64,000 bases of DNA from Chrysemys picta bellii (GCF_011386835.1 NC_088815.1:8432001-8496000); one strand, 5' to 3'; positions 50,031-63,135 are shown, numbered from the stretch's first letter. Notes: generated by a model from the letters alone, not told the origin. Numbers and translations: made by a program.

Positions 50031-50252
50031 GGCTTGTCTTCACTACCAGGGTAAATTCACCTAAGTTATGCTACTCCAGCTACGTGAATAACTCTCCAGT
50101 CGACTTCCCTTATGCTTCTGGAAGAGCTGGAGTACTGGGGTCCACCGGAGAGCAGTCTGCCATCGATTTTAGTGGGTCTTCACTAGACCTGCTAAATCGA
50201 CCCCTGCTGCATCGATTGCAGCAGCAATCTCCCCATAGTGAAGACCATTGCC
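50031..50252. mobile_element. PIF/Harbinger-like MITE
   Basis: Ends GGCTTGTCTTCACT / AGTGAAGACCATTGCC flanked by a 3-bp TAG duplication; superfamily inferred. Confidence 0.55.
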
Positions 50253-50255
50253 TAG

Positions 50256-50564
50256 CCCGAGGGTCACATCTGGGTGGGGAAATTGCATGCAGGGCCATGG
50301 AATGTGGGGCTGGGGCAGGGGGTTGGGGTGCAGGAGGGAGTGCAGTGTGCAGGAAGGGGCTAAGGGTAAGGGGTTGGGGTGCAGGAGGGGTGCGGGGTGC
50401 GGCATGGGTCTCAAGGCTGGGCTGCAGGGACGTGGTGCTAGCCACTTCCGGGAGCGGCACGGGGCCAGGGCAGGCAGGGAGCCTGCCTTAGCCCCACTGT
50501 GCCACGATGGCAATCCCACAGGCCGGATCCAAGGTCCTGACGGGCCGTAGTTTGCTCACCTCTG
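50256..50564. mobile_element. hAT-Charlie-like element lacking its left TIR
   Basis: Right end TAGTTTGCTCACCTCTG; internal motifs shared with 44288-44918 (gggcaggcagggagcctgccttagcccc). Confidence 0.55.
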
Positions 50565-50916
50565 CCCTAGTCTGACCTCCTGCATAATATCGGCCAGAGA
50601 ACTGCCCCAGAATAGTTCCTGGAGCAGATATTTTAGAAAAATCATCCAGTTTTGATTTAAAAGTTACCAGTGATGGAGAATCCACCACTGACCCTTGGTA
50701 AATAGTTCCAATGGTTAATTATTCTCTCAATTAAAAATTTAACACCTTACTTCCAGTCTGAATTTTAGTTTCAAGTTCCAGCCCTTAGATTGTGTTCTAC
50801 CTTCGTCTGCTAGATTGAAGAGCCTTTTATCAAATATTTGTTGCCCATCTGGGCAAATATAGACTGTAATCAAGTCACTCTGTTACACCTCTCTGGGGGA
50901 TTCCTTTGATTTGCAG

Positions 50917-51037
50917 AGCTATGCTGGAACAAGCCCAGAGCAGGCGATTCCTGGAAGACTCTGACTCTGATGAGGAAGCTACCCAAGTGCCCTCAAGATC
51001 AGGACCGAAAACGAAACCTACCGACATCTTGCAGGAG
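50917..51037 (+). CDS. YJU2: YJU2 exon 6 (AMLEQAQSRRFLEDSDSDEE...KPTDILQE)
   Basis: 121 nt; phases 2/0. Confidence 0.92.
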
Positions 51038-52265
51038 GTAAATCCTGGGGGGTAGGGGCTTTTCCAGCAGCATGGCTCTCCGAGATGGGAGATTTTTCCA
51101 CAAGGGGACAAACTAAAACCCAGCAAACCACACCTCATGAGAAGTCCCCTGTTTTGGAGACTTTGAGGCACAATTGCCTCTTTTTTCATGCCTAGTTTAG
51201 AAAATGTGGCTCATTGTATATTAAACTGAAAGAAAGAAATGAGAGGTTTTGGTCGAAGTAAACTTCAGCCTGTATCAACCAACAGAGGGGCTCATCTCCA
51301 TGGGGGTGAGCTGCGGCTAAGAGCCCCCACACCTACTGTCATGCCTGATGATGGTTCAGTGGTCAGCACGTTGCTGCCGGCTTTGCTCCCTGTTCTCCGC
51401 TTGTACTTGAAAGGATTGTAATGGTTTAATCCTAAATCACATCAATGCAAGTGGTGGAAGATGCCAGTTGGACAGCCCTGAAGACTGAAGCCCTGTGTTT
51501 ATACACAGCAGGGCACTCCCCTGCGTGATCTCAGCCTATTGCTCTGAGGCGGAGGGAGCTCAATCCTTGGTATAATCTCCACAGAGGATTCAGCAAACAG
51601 GCCAGTTAGCGCCAATTGCAGATGTCGCTTTTTGATGTCAATCCCTGTCCGCTGAGACCGTCAAACCGTGCAGGCTGCTGAAAGCTTTCAAGTGACTCCC
51701 AAGCCAGGCTGGAGTTGAACTGTGAAATGTTCCCTGTCCCAGTACTAGTCCTGAGCCATCTAGTCACTAGTGTGTCGAAGCCAGTGGTTGGTCCAGCAGC
51801 CAACACGTGAGGTCACAGAAGCTGGATACTGGAAAGTCCTGTTGCACACATCTGGATCACCCCTCTGCCAACGGACAACTATGCCCGCTGACCAGTGTCT
51901 CTTCCAGGCTTGCGGTGGATGACCCAAGCAACGGGGCATCAGCCCTTGGGGAGGCTCTTCCACAGCCTTCTCGATCTCTGTGACGGCAAGCTGTCCCTGG
52001 TACTCAGCCTGAATCTTCCTGTACTGATTTCGTCGTTCTGCACCTAACAATGCTCTATCCCATCCTAGCCAAACCCTTTCTTCACACCCTTTAGCTATCC
52101 AGAGAGGGGCTTTCTCCTTGCTGCTCTGTGACATGATACCTCTGTGTGTGCAGCTCCAAACCACCCTTGATTTTTATGATGATGTATAGTATTTTGCATA
52201 GTCTTTCTTCCCCCGCTAGCTGCTCCAAGGACAGAGAACGTTAATATCTGTGCTCCCTTCTGTAG

Positions 52266-52431
52266 GATACTGAGCCCCAGAGTAAGAAGCTAAAGACTGA
52301 AAGCTGGGAGAGGAGTGTGGGCAAACTGAACAGCAAGTCCCAGCTGGCAGGCCTGGTCACTGTGAAGAAACAGACCCCAGGCTCCACCACAGCTAACGGT
52401 GTGGGGAAGCAAACTACACAACAAAGCTCAG
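52266..52431 (+). CDS. YJU2: YJU2 exon 7 (DTEPQSKK...ESWERSVGKL...)
   Basis: 166 nt; ctgtAG / GTAACT. Confidence 0.88.
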
Positions 52432-53186
52432 GTAACTTTGGTTCAGTCTCACCTGCACGGCAACGTAGGATCTGATTAGCCACTTAACTCCAGGCCACCA
52501 AGGTGGTCTCTAACAGGATGGTGACATCAAGCAGTTTAATCTCGTGTGTCTGTGTTGTCTTCGATGATATGTTGCAGTTTAGTAATTCATGACCCAATAG
52601 AACTTTGTCAGAATGGCATCAAGTCTGGCGTTGGGATTTCCAGTAGGGCCAATGCCCAGTGTTTCAGAGAGGAAGCCGTCTCCTCTCTCCTGCCTCCCAC
52701 ATAGTGCATTGTTATGGGGAAGTAAAATTCCTTCCTGACCACTCTGGCAAAGAGTTTGTGCCCTGAAGCATGAGAGCCGATTGCCAGTGTCTCAACTTCT
52801 ATATTAACATTTTGGTGCTTGGATACAATGATGGTGCCAGTCTGTAGAAGTACCATGGTAAATATATTGATATTATTGCTCATAAAATTATTGAGCTCCT
52901 CTGTTTGTTCTGTGTCTGTATAACGCCTAACCCAAAGGAGTTGTGGCCCATAGCTCGGGCTCCTACGCGCTACAGTAATACAGACGGTAATGCGAGACCA
53001 GGCATGGGGTTTGAATTTACTGTGCTGTTCCAAAACATACAGTGAGGTTGGGGCAGTTGGCACAGCTGTTTGCTACAGTAACATGAACAACAGGCAGCTG
53101 ATCAGAAGCCATCTTCCGTCTTCATTTTAAGTTGGTTAAATCTGCTTTTCCTGTACAGGGAGGTTGTTGTATGCTGTGATATTTGG

Positions 53187-53267
53187 AAAAAGAACAGGAG
53201 TACTTGTGGCACCTTAGAGACTAACACATTTATTTTGTGGGCTACAGCCCACTTCTTCGGATGCATA
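53187..53267 (-). mobile_element. Penelope-like single-arm fragment with an internal deletion through the hammerhead GAAA/helix III/stem I segment
   Basis: 10-bp TSD TGATATTTGG (53177-53186 / 53268-53277); lacks the gagcataagctttc segment present in the 47512 copy. Confidence 0.8.
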
Positions 53268-54034
53268 TGATATTTGGGTTATGCTATTCTGCCTTCCCAA
53301 ACTCCCCTGCACTCTCAGTTGCACACAACATTCTTTCCTCCCTGTCCTAAACCGTTGCGTGGGATTGCTTTGTTCTGTTGAACAGCGGCTGTGTTCCATC
53401 GCAGAGGTGGCTGCATTTTGATGGCGGGCGAAATGATCCCAGCCCTCTGGGTAGTTTGTTAATCTTTTTGAATGACAGGTGCTATGTAAGATTACGTTGG
53501 CTGCTGATCCAAACCTGGTGTTTCATGAATGGCCCAGTTGAATGATGTTTTCCCTATGTGATCCACACACCAGTCCCTCCGCCCCCCTTTCCAGCTTGAG
53601 AGCTTCTACACAAAAGACAGTTTCACACACTGGAGGCCACCTCACAGACAGCATCGGTGTTAGACTGAGGGTTGACTCACCTCACCCTCTTCTAGTTAGG
53701 TGGAAGCCTCCTATGCTTAAGTATCTCAGACGCTTCCATTCTCTTATGTTACCACCAGGGGGCAGGAGGTGAGCCTCCATAGAAATGCGACCGTCTCAAC
53801 GTCAAACCTTTTAATCCTCATTGAGATTCAGGCAGGGTGCCAAGGAAACAGTTTTACTCCATGTCCTAATGCCTGGGGTTGCGGTGGGTGCCCAGAACAT
53901 GGCAGTGCCCATCCAGGCAGCAGCAGGAGTGCTCCAACTCCTGGTTTCCTCAGGCGTCCATAAGGTGCAGCTCTCTGTTCTCCAGGCGTGGGTGTGGGGT
54001 GTGAATGATTGAACCTGCTCTGTTTGGCTTCTAG

Positions 54035-54153
54035 ATGCTGCAAGTTGGAGCTCCTCACTACCTGCTGTGACCCAGCCCCCATCAGCAGCGCAGGGCTCTT
54101 CCCTCAGCCTGTTGGGGGCGTATTCAGACAGCGAAGACAGTACCAGTGACTGA
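54035..54153 (+). CDS. YJU2: YJU2 exon 8, last (…SSLSLLGAYSDSEDSTSD*)
   Basis: Conserved LSLLGAYSDS tail; TGA at 54151-54153; total CDS 993 nt (330 aa). Confidence 0.92.
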
Positions 54154-55075
54154 GTTGGTGGGTCTCTGCTGAGAGCTCTCACTCCACTTCCTTACCCTGC
54201 TGGAGTAGAGCGAGGCCAGGGGTTGGCAATAGGGCAGAGTGTCCTCTCTTCACCCCACCACCAGGCAGCTGCTGTCCTAACAACCAAATCCTGCCAGAGA
54301 GCTGGCGTCCTTGTGCATAGAAGATCCCAGTGGGATTCCCAGGCCGTCTGCACACATGGCCAGTCATGTGTAATCGGAGCTGCTCTCCCTTCCTGGAAAC
54401 CCTTAATGTACCGTCATGTTGCAGCATTCCTTCAAACTGGGATACAGGAGTACTGCTTCCAATGCAACCAGATTGCCTGCAGGCATCTCTTCCCATTAAA
54501 CATCCATCAATCTGGGCTCCTGTCAGCCTGTCGTGAGTGATGGTGGCACCAGCAAACCAGAGCTGCCCAGGGGAAGAATCTCTATTAGATGAGACACGCT
54601 TCCTCTTTCCAGCCTCTTCGGAGAAAGGTTCCCGACCATGTGTTTGGGGAGATTGGGGAGTAGAAAGTGGCGATAGCGGGAGCAGAGCCCCAAGGCATGT
54701 CGGAAGGGGCTGAGAGCAGCAGGTCACCTACTGCGGCTGGAATCCATCATGCTGTCTTTATCGAAAGCCTTGTCATCAGCAGCTAAGTGGAGGGTAATGA
54801 AGTGTGTGGTTCTATATACCAGCATCTCCCTCACCGCGCAGCAGTCTCCTGGAATTCCTGTAAAGCCCAGTCTGTCTCCAGGCCCCTCTGTTAACTCTTC
54901 CCGTGTCTGAATTCTTGGCATGGGGCTGCGATTTAATGTGTAACTTGTTTTGCTCTTCTCTTGTGTCCTCCTCAACATGGCTACATTTAGCCTGTGCTAA
55001 AGTGAGAGGCAGCGCTGATGCCTCTCGTTTTCCATGAGGATCATGGAATTTTTAACACCGTTTAACTTCAGATGT

Positions 55076-55081
55076 AATAAA
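55076..55081 (+). other. Polyadenylation signal of YJU2
   Basis: AATAAA about 920 nt after the stop codon. Confidence 0.7.
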
Positions 55082-57593
55082 GGATTCTGAAGAGCATTTC
55101 TCCCTTCCCCTGTCATTCTTTATAAAGGGGTCTTCAGATGGCGTTGCCTAGTGGTTAGAGTAGGAGATTGGGAGTCAGGACTCCTGGGTTCCCTGGCTGG
55201 CTCAGTGTGTGACCTTTTTAGTTGAGAAGCAAGTCACTAAATCACCTGCTCAAGAGGTCTACAGGAATATGTTGTGGGTGGATTAATTAATTGACTTGCT
55301 GGAGTCAGGGATGGAAAAGATTTAAAGTCCTGGATCAAACCTGTGCCCACAGAATACGCAGGGCATTCAGCTGAGTTCAGCAACCGTGTGCTCGCTTCAT
55401 GCTATTGTGTCCTTAGCTCATAGACTTTAAGATCATAAGGGACCATCCTGGTCATCTAGTCTGATCTCCTGCCCATCGCAGGCCACCGAACCTCACCCCC
55501 TCCTGCTCCTGTAATAGACCCCTAATGTCTGGCTGAGTTACTGAAGTCCTCAAATCACGATGTAAAGACTTCACGTTACAGAGAATCCACCATTTATACT
55601 AGTTTAAACCTGCAAGTGACCCATGCCCCCGATGCTGCAGTGGAAGGTGAACTCCCCCCCACGAGTCCTGAAGCCCCTTAAGGTCTCTCAGCAAAGTCAG
55701 GGAAAAAACCCAAACTTCCCTGCGGTCTCTGTCCCCCCCCAAGTCCTTCTCTAGATCTGTGTAATGTACTTTCCCTGGGTTCTCCAGTTTCCCATGACAT
55801 GCTGTGCTCCTTGCTTTGAGTATTAGTGGGGGGTTTCTAGACCTCTCTCCCTGTCCCATTCTGTCTCCCTGTGGCCTTCTAACTGGGTGAGTCAGACAAG
55901 ACAAGATCAAACAACTGACCGATACCTCTTTGTCTCAAGTCATTCCTAACTCCGGCCTGGGCCCCCACACCCAGTAGGGCAGTCCTGACTCCATCCGCTT
56001 TTTTACCCGAACGCTCAGGAGCAGATAGTGGAGAGTGACCACAAGGGGCAAATGCAGCCTTGAGTGTCCCCCCCTTGTCACTGGAGGGAGGGTGAAGCTG
56101 CCCAGCTCCTGCAAAGAGCGCTGGGAGGATGCAAGTGTGAGCGTCTGCCAGAGGCTTTGATTGAGGGGTGGGCCGAGCCAGAGACTGCCCTTGCAAAGGC
56201 TTCCGGGGGACAGTCACAACAGGGCCTTGTCTGATCACTGTCAGGCTTAAGGAGGGGCGAGCTGTGCGCTGGAGCAGTGCTCTGAATTCCTGCCAGGCTT
56301 ACAAAGGTTAAACCAACAGCCGCAGGGAGAGGAATCAAGCGCTGTGCTGTCATCTAGGGCTGCTGCTTGGTCTCGCTCTCCCCTGCCTCCTTTCTGGGAG
56401 TGGGGGCTGGCTGGGGAAGGGGGCTGGCCTCCTTAAAAACAGCCAAGCTGCTCCTGCCGTGGTGTGGTTGGGGGTGCACCCAGCCAGGCCCCAGAAAGGA
56501 GCCGGCAGCCAGGAGATGCTCACTCCACTGAGAAACATTAATGGGCTTCAGAACTCTTGTAATTAGATTAATCTAAAAAGGGTGAGCAAATGCCCCTGGG
56601 GGAGCCGAGGAAGGTGCAGACAGCCTTGCTGCCGTAGCAGTGCCAGTCTGCGTCCGCCAGACCGGCTGGCTCCATGCGCGTAGCAGCCCTGCGGCTCTGG
56701 TTTACCCACGGCGATCAGTGGAATTACTCTGTCTCATTGGAATCCCGTTTCTCCTGGGCCTCGGTCGCTTTTCCTTTGTGATGACAACGGGGAAGACTGG
56801 CAGGAGGCACGTGCCACGTTGCCGCTGCTGGAGGAGCACCGTGGCCTTTGGCAGGGACGGCTTGCTGTCGTCAGAATGACACCAGCATTTCTGTGATCGG
56901 GTCCCACTCGGCGGCCGGTTAGAACTGGGCCGTGGCATTGAGCGCACGTGGCAACAGCTGCCGGGTGACACTTGGAAAAGATTGGGGTAACCTCTCATTT
57001 CCCATGTGCCAGGCTCCTCCCCCTCCCGCCCCACATCCCAGGGCTAGCCCCTGCAACTCACCTTTATTTGTATCACAACAGCACCTAGAGGCCCCAAGCC
57101 AGATCAGGGTCCCATTGTGCCTGGGGCTGTATGTACCCCTACAGCAGGGCTGTCCCTGCCCCAAAGAGTGGGGGAGAAGGCTGCTATTGCCTCATTCACA
57201 GGTGGGAGGGTAGCCCAGGGCTCACACAACTTTCTTCCTGAGGTAACCCAGGCAGTGTGCAGCAAAAAGGGGGTTGAACCCAGTTCTCCAGAGTCCCATG
57301 GTGATGCCTTCTCCGCAAGCCCATCCATCTTGCTGCCATGCACTAGAGAGAGACGGGTCCTCATTTCTTCAGCTTCTAGTGTAACCGGGATGCTCCATGT
57401 GCCTGCCTGGAGTTGAGAGACTTCAGTTCATTCCAGGTAAACAGAAGAGCCTGCTAGCCCCGTTTTCAGTGGGGCACCTCGGAGCCCTCCCCTCCAATGA
57501 GCCTGCCTGCCTGCTACGGATCTTTGCCTTTAGTGAATCTTTCCCACGTGCCTTCACCGCTCCTTGCTCCGCGGGGTCATCTGCTCTGCCATG

Positions 57594-57595
<2 letters not shown>

Positions 57596-57640
<45 letters not shown>

Positions 57641-57681
57641 ACACACACACCCACCCACCCACCCACCCACCCCCCCCCCCC
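57596..57681. repeat. Compound microsatellite (GA)n-(CA)n-(CCCA)n-poly-C
   Basis: Directly visible. Confidence 0.95.
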
Positions 57682-57730
57682 ATCTGATCACATGATCCTA
57701 GGGGGCTTTCCATTCCCAGCCTGGTGCAGG

Positions 57731-57854
57731 TAGGGTGACCAGATGTCCCGATTTTATAGGGACAGTCCCCATTTTGGGATCTTTTTCTTATATAGGCTCC
57801 TATTACCCCCCACCCCCTGTCCCAATTTTTCACATTTGCTGTCTGGTCACCCTA
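57731..57854. mobile_element. hAT-type MITE (TAGGGTGACCAG family)
   Basis: Perfect TIRs; TSD GGTGCAGG / GGTCCGGG (6/8). Confidence 0.88.
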
Positions 57855-60800
57855 GGTCCGGGGTATGATCCATCTCTGCCTCATTGCCTCCCCAATTGTT
57901 CCATTCTTCACCCTCTGTCCTCCTTGATCGTTATCATCCTCTTCAGGCAGCGCTTGTCAAACCTTATCGGAGCTGGCTTGCGTTTCCCCGGCTCTCCCAG
58001 CTGCGTAGCGCTGTCGGGAGAGTCTCCCAGCCGTTTGACAAGAGGGAGACAGTGGCAAAGATGGCAGGGAGTATGGCTTGTGGTAAGGTACGGGCCTGGG
58101 ACCAGGGGGTTCTATCCCTGCCTCTGCCACTGGCTGTAGGCAAGCCGCTTGCCCTCCTTGTGCCTCAATTTCCCTGTCTGTTAAAGGCCACTCTGACCTG
58201 CCAGGCAGAGTGCTTATGACGCTTGGCTAATGTGTGTTCGTAGAGAACGTTGGATGGAAGGTGCTAGGGAAAAGAAACAGCATTAGGTGACTGTAACAAG
58301 TGTTTATTGGAACAAATGGGAGACCCAGTGCAAGTTATTTATGGCCATCCTCAAAGGGACTGAAATCAATGGAAGGTAGGAGCCTTAAATATCTTTGAGG
58401 ATCTGGACCTTTGGCCTTTTCTGCACCATGCCACAGTGCAGGCTACAGGGGTATGAACTGTAGAGTGCTCGAACTGCCGCTGCTGCCGTGAACTAACAGG
58501 TACCTACTGCCCGTGAACATAGAGCTGTTTGAAACAGGACAGCATCCGCGCGAGCGAGATCCCTTTTAGTTCGCGCCAGCAGGGTCTATGCAGGGCTCTT
58601 AGGGCGCGTGCAATACATTCGAGCGCCCCTCAATTCACACCGCCGTAGTCTGCCATGCGGCACTGCACGGGCTAGCCCTTAAAGTTGCAATTTAGGGCTT
58701 GATTCTGCAGAGTAGTAACGTCGGTCACCCGATGCCTCCCTGTCACACAGTCATTGGAGGGCGGTTCTGGGCAGACTGGATTTACACAACGGCAGGGCAA
58801 GGAGCGGTTAAAGGATTTTGTTCAGCCCTTGGCCAGTGCAGGGTTGGTCCAGCTCCTGTAGTCTCAGGGTTCTGACTGGTAATGTGGAGGATGGCCCTTT
58901 AACCGGGTTCCTGAAGGTCATTGCCCCACGGCTCTTGGTGCCTGCACGTTAGGCAGGGACTCACCCTACATGCTCATGATGGTCTCTTCTGGCCTTCAAA
59001 TCTATACAGTGAAATGTGGCGTTGGCCCTGCCTAGGGATCGCTTTATCGAGATACAAACCGAGCCCCTGTGGTTACTGTCCACATGCACGACATGCAAGT
59101 GAGCAGCACGGAGTGTTCTCGCTGCCTGGATCTGCAAAGCGGGGTCACAACTCCCCTCTACCCCCCTCCCCCCCCAGCCTGCAGAGCTGCCATTCATTGC
59201 CATGGGAGGCGGGCGTGCAGCAGGACCAGCGTTCCCCCTGCTCATGAAGAATCTCTGGCTGAGCTGATCCTGTGTACGTGTTCGTGGCATCTCTCTTTCC
59301 CCCCAAGGCACTCTTCATTACTGCTGTGCCTGGGGGAACCTTGCTCCATCCTATTTCCTTCCCAGCCCCACTCAGCCTCCACCAGGTTAGCAGCTCCCGC
59401 TGGCTTAGTGCGCCGTGTAATAAACCCATCTGGAGGCTTTTGATTTTGCCAGCACAATCACATTACTCCTGTTAAAAATGGCTCGGCCCGGGGTAATAAA
59501 TTGGAGGTGTCAGAGCTGTTTGCTTCTTCATCTCCTTTCATTACCCAGAGCAGCGATTGATCTCCGCTGTTGCTGTCCTCCAGCGGCACTGGGGGAAGCA
59601 AATGGGAAGTGCGAGTACCGATGATGCTTTTGGGGGCAGGGGGCAGTTTGCAGGGGGGACAGTTGGGTCTGTTTGGGGGGGCGGACAGGGGAACTGTCCC
59701 ACTCTTCCTCTTTGGGGGAGCATTTTCACAGCATTCTAGCAATCGGAGAGAGATGAAAGATCCCTATTAGGCTGTGTCTGATCCAGCCCTCGCTGCAGCC
59801 GGGTTTTTCCCTTGAGTGCGATCTCCGGCACTTTGTCCAGCTTAGAATGACTCAATCGATGCGGCATCCGCTGTATCCTTGGCGAGACCGTTCCACCGTC
59901 TCCATTTTCCTCCCCACCCCCACGGCGGTGATGGGGTTCTATTGGGGTGTTTCACCTAATAAGGGCTGGGGGAGAATTCACCATCGTGGCGAGGTCAGTT
60001 CCAGACCTGACTCTTTCCAAATCCTGCCCGGTACCCCAGCCGAGGGGCAGCATGTGCCAGACTCAATCAGTTCATCCCTCAGGGAGTTCACTTCTCTTTC
60101 TTCGCGAAGGATCCCAAGGCAGATGCGGGCTGAAACACCAGTTGATTTTTCACCACTTAGGCCCTGCTTAAACGGTCCAGCGTAGGTGGCGTGTCTAGCT
60201 GGATTTCCAGGCACTGGTCCTGGATTTTTCAGCCTATTCTTGCCAGATTCTGAGTTTCAAAGCCCTGTGCTTCAGCAGCCCCGCTGCTTTCAGGGAGGTC
60301 TGCACAGCAGCCATGGGGTGTGTTTGCAGCTTGTGTAGACATACCACGCTAGCTCGGGTATTGAAGCAGTGAAGCCATGACAGCACGCACTTCAACGGAG
60401 ACTCTACAAGCCCCCCTGGGTCGTTACAGGGTTAGCCTGGTGCCAAACAGGGGTGAGCCCCAGGTGTGCCATTAGCAGCTTTGCCTGCCTGCACCGTAGG
60501 GGGGTTTGCAGTGGTTGGCTGGCCTATGGGGTTGAGCCGAAGCTCCCTGAACTCAATGTCTGTCTGGCTAGTGACTTGCCCAGATGTGGGATCAGGCCCC
60601 CTTTTATTTCCAGTTCAAGGCACCCAGCCCTAATTAATGAGCAGGATTTCACTAATTAACCCTCATTTAAAAACGGCAAACGGGGACCTATTTCAGCATG
60701 GATTTAACGCACCCAGATTAGTTTGGGCGCGTGCGCTCGCTTGGGGGAACGAGCCAGAAGAAATGTTAACCCCCTGCATTTAAAGGAGACAAAAGGCTAA

Positions 60801-61767
60801 ATCAGATTTTTCCTCTCGATTCTTCTGTTACTAGAACAATTACCATTCCTGGCACATGAATTATAATTAGCAGCCTCTTCAAACATTAATACTTCAGATG
60901 CAGGGTATTTATATAGGGCTCTGGTATTTATATTTGATGAGATCTGTCAACAACTGTTCTGCTAGCCAGAATATTTTTCAGCCGAGCACATTAAACAGGA
61001 CAATTAACTGGCTCTTACGCTTATTCCCCCTAGAAACACATTTAGGCTACTTCTCAATTGCTGATTGGGGAGCGGCGCGGGGGGGGAGGTGGGGGAAGGA
61101 TTCTTTGTTCTGAAACAGAGGAATAGATTAGTGTCCCAGGAGGTGGCAAAGAACGGTACCGTTTTTATGAATACCAAGTACAAAAAGCTACATTGAGGTC
61201 AGGACTACAGTGTACCAAAGGCAGAACATTCAAAGGGAAGCAGCGGCAGAGTTCAGAGCTCAGGTTGAAAGGACGTAGTCTCTGCTTTAAAGGAAAAACA
61301 ATGAGACTGTGCCCTTTTTGGCCGCTTGATGATGAATGAAGAAGACTTGAAAGATTTCATTTCCTTCTCCAAAAAAAGAAAAAATGAGGGGCCTTTTTAA
61401 CCTTAGAAAAAGCAGAAAGATTAAATCTGGTCTTCCCTGTTTTTTTGCTGGGTGTCTCCTTGAAAGACAAGAGAACTGGAAAGAGAAGGGTCTCAGCCCT
61501 TAACTGAAGTGGGGAAGAATCTTTAAAGACAGCTTTTCTCCTGAGTGTTTGTCAGACCTTTGTGTTAAATCAATGTGAACAAAAACAAACAAACCCAGAT
61601 CTTTGAACAGTCTGACTTAAAAAAAACCCTCCCTCCATGGCTCAAGTTTCACTTCCTTGGTTGCTATGTGGTGATGTAATCCTGCTAGTTTTCCAGTTTC
61701 CCTAAAGTCCTCCAGGAAAAACAGTAGACAAGATTTGACTGTATAGTGTTAGGTAAAAAATAAATTA

Positions 61768-61957
61768 ATGGAGATATCCTATCTCCTAGAACTGGAAGGG
61801 ACCTTGAAAGGTCATTGAATTGAGTCCAGCCCCCTGCCTTCACTAGCAGGACCAAGTACTGATTTTGCCCCAAATCCCTAAGTGGCCCCCTCAAGGATTG
61901 AACTCACAACCCTGGACTTAGCAGGCCAATGCGCAAAGCACCAAGCTATCCCTCCCC
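61768..61957 (-). mobile_element. Full-length tRNA-derived SINE
   Basis: Reverse complement begins ggggagggatagcttggtgc...; B box gagttcaatcc; same tail as the 34088 copy. Confidence 0.88.
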
Positions 61958-62862
61958 CCTGGTTGTTATACCTCATAAAGAAACAAAGCAACCACAGAGC
62001 ACTAACAACCAGTGGGAGTTAGGCAGCTAAATAACTTTGAGGAACTAGCAATAGGGCCCTGCTCCTGCTCTGGGCAGATGGACCCTTGTTTCCATACAGA
62101 GCAGTCTTGCATTGGGCAGGTACTTCAGGACCATGGCTGCAGGAGCCGTGCCTACCTGACATGCAGCACATTGAATGCTAGTAACTCTTGAGGGGTCTTG
62201 TGCGCTTGCCCTCTTAACCTCAAAGGACATCAGGTAAGACCCCCCCCCCCAATCCTGCAAGTAGATCTATGTCCGTCGAAACCCACTGGTATCAGTCCGG
62301 CACGGAAGAACTGGCAGGCCTGAGCCTTAATTAGGAGCAGAGCTAATTGAGAAATGAGGTGGTGTTTCAAATGTCCAATCGTCCAGCTTTCTTCAACGTT
62401 TTCCAACCAGCTCAAAGTAAGAGCCTGTTGTTATGTTTCAGAACATACAAATAGAGAAGTGAGATGAAAACATAAAATAGTCTCGCTGGAAGGTTGCAAC
62501 GTAGCACTGCTTTGTTTCATAGAATTCAGAATGATAAAAGCAGAGAGAGACAAAACAGGCTGCTCCCAGAGGTACAACTCACCGCACCTTGTTACTCTAG
62601 GCTCCCTGGCTGCAAACTGACTGCTGTGTTCATGCTTTCCTACAGAGGCTCCTGCCTGCAGGACCAAGAAACCCCTGAGCATTTAAATTGATAGCTCTCC
62701 CATGTTAATAGTTTTCCATACACCACACCTGTGAGCCCAGTTTTCCAGGGCTTGCAGCATACAGACACACACACATCCATGTAGCCCCAAGGATATTTTT
62801 AAAGCTATATCAGTTCTTGTGAATGTATTTTTATTACAGTAGCACCTAGGAGTCCCAGCTGA

Positions 62863-63135
62863 GGGTGTGTCTACACTCCAACTGAACTGCAATTGGGGGA
62901 GGGGATTGAGCTTGGGTAGGCAAACCCGCATTAGCTTTTGTCTAGCTGGCGTGGCTGAAAACAGCAGTGAGGACAGCATCAGCTGTACGAATTCCCTCCC
63001 GCTCCGGGCTATGTATGTGTTTGCATTGCGAGCCTGGCCCACCGCGCCTTCACTGCTATTCGTAGCCTTGGTAACTAGATTAAAGCTAATTTGGGTATGC
63101 CTGTGTGGCACACCTTCCATTGCAGCGTAGGCCTG
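62863..63135. mobile_element. Old Harbinger-like MITE
   Basis: Left end GGGTGTGTCTACACT; degenerate right end. Confidence 0.45.

Noticed and set aside
35693-53267. Recurring palindromic repeats suggestive of a CRISPR array
   Set aside because: Dispersed, each with its own TSD, no repeat-spacer periodicity, eukaryotic context
54724-54978. 84-aa minus-strand ORF
   Set aside because: Antisense to the YJU2 3' UTR, no recognisable domain or flanking exon chain
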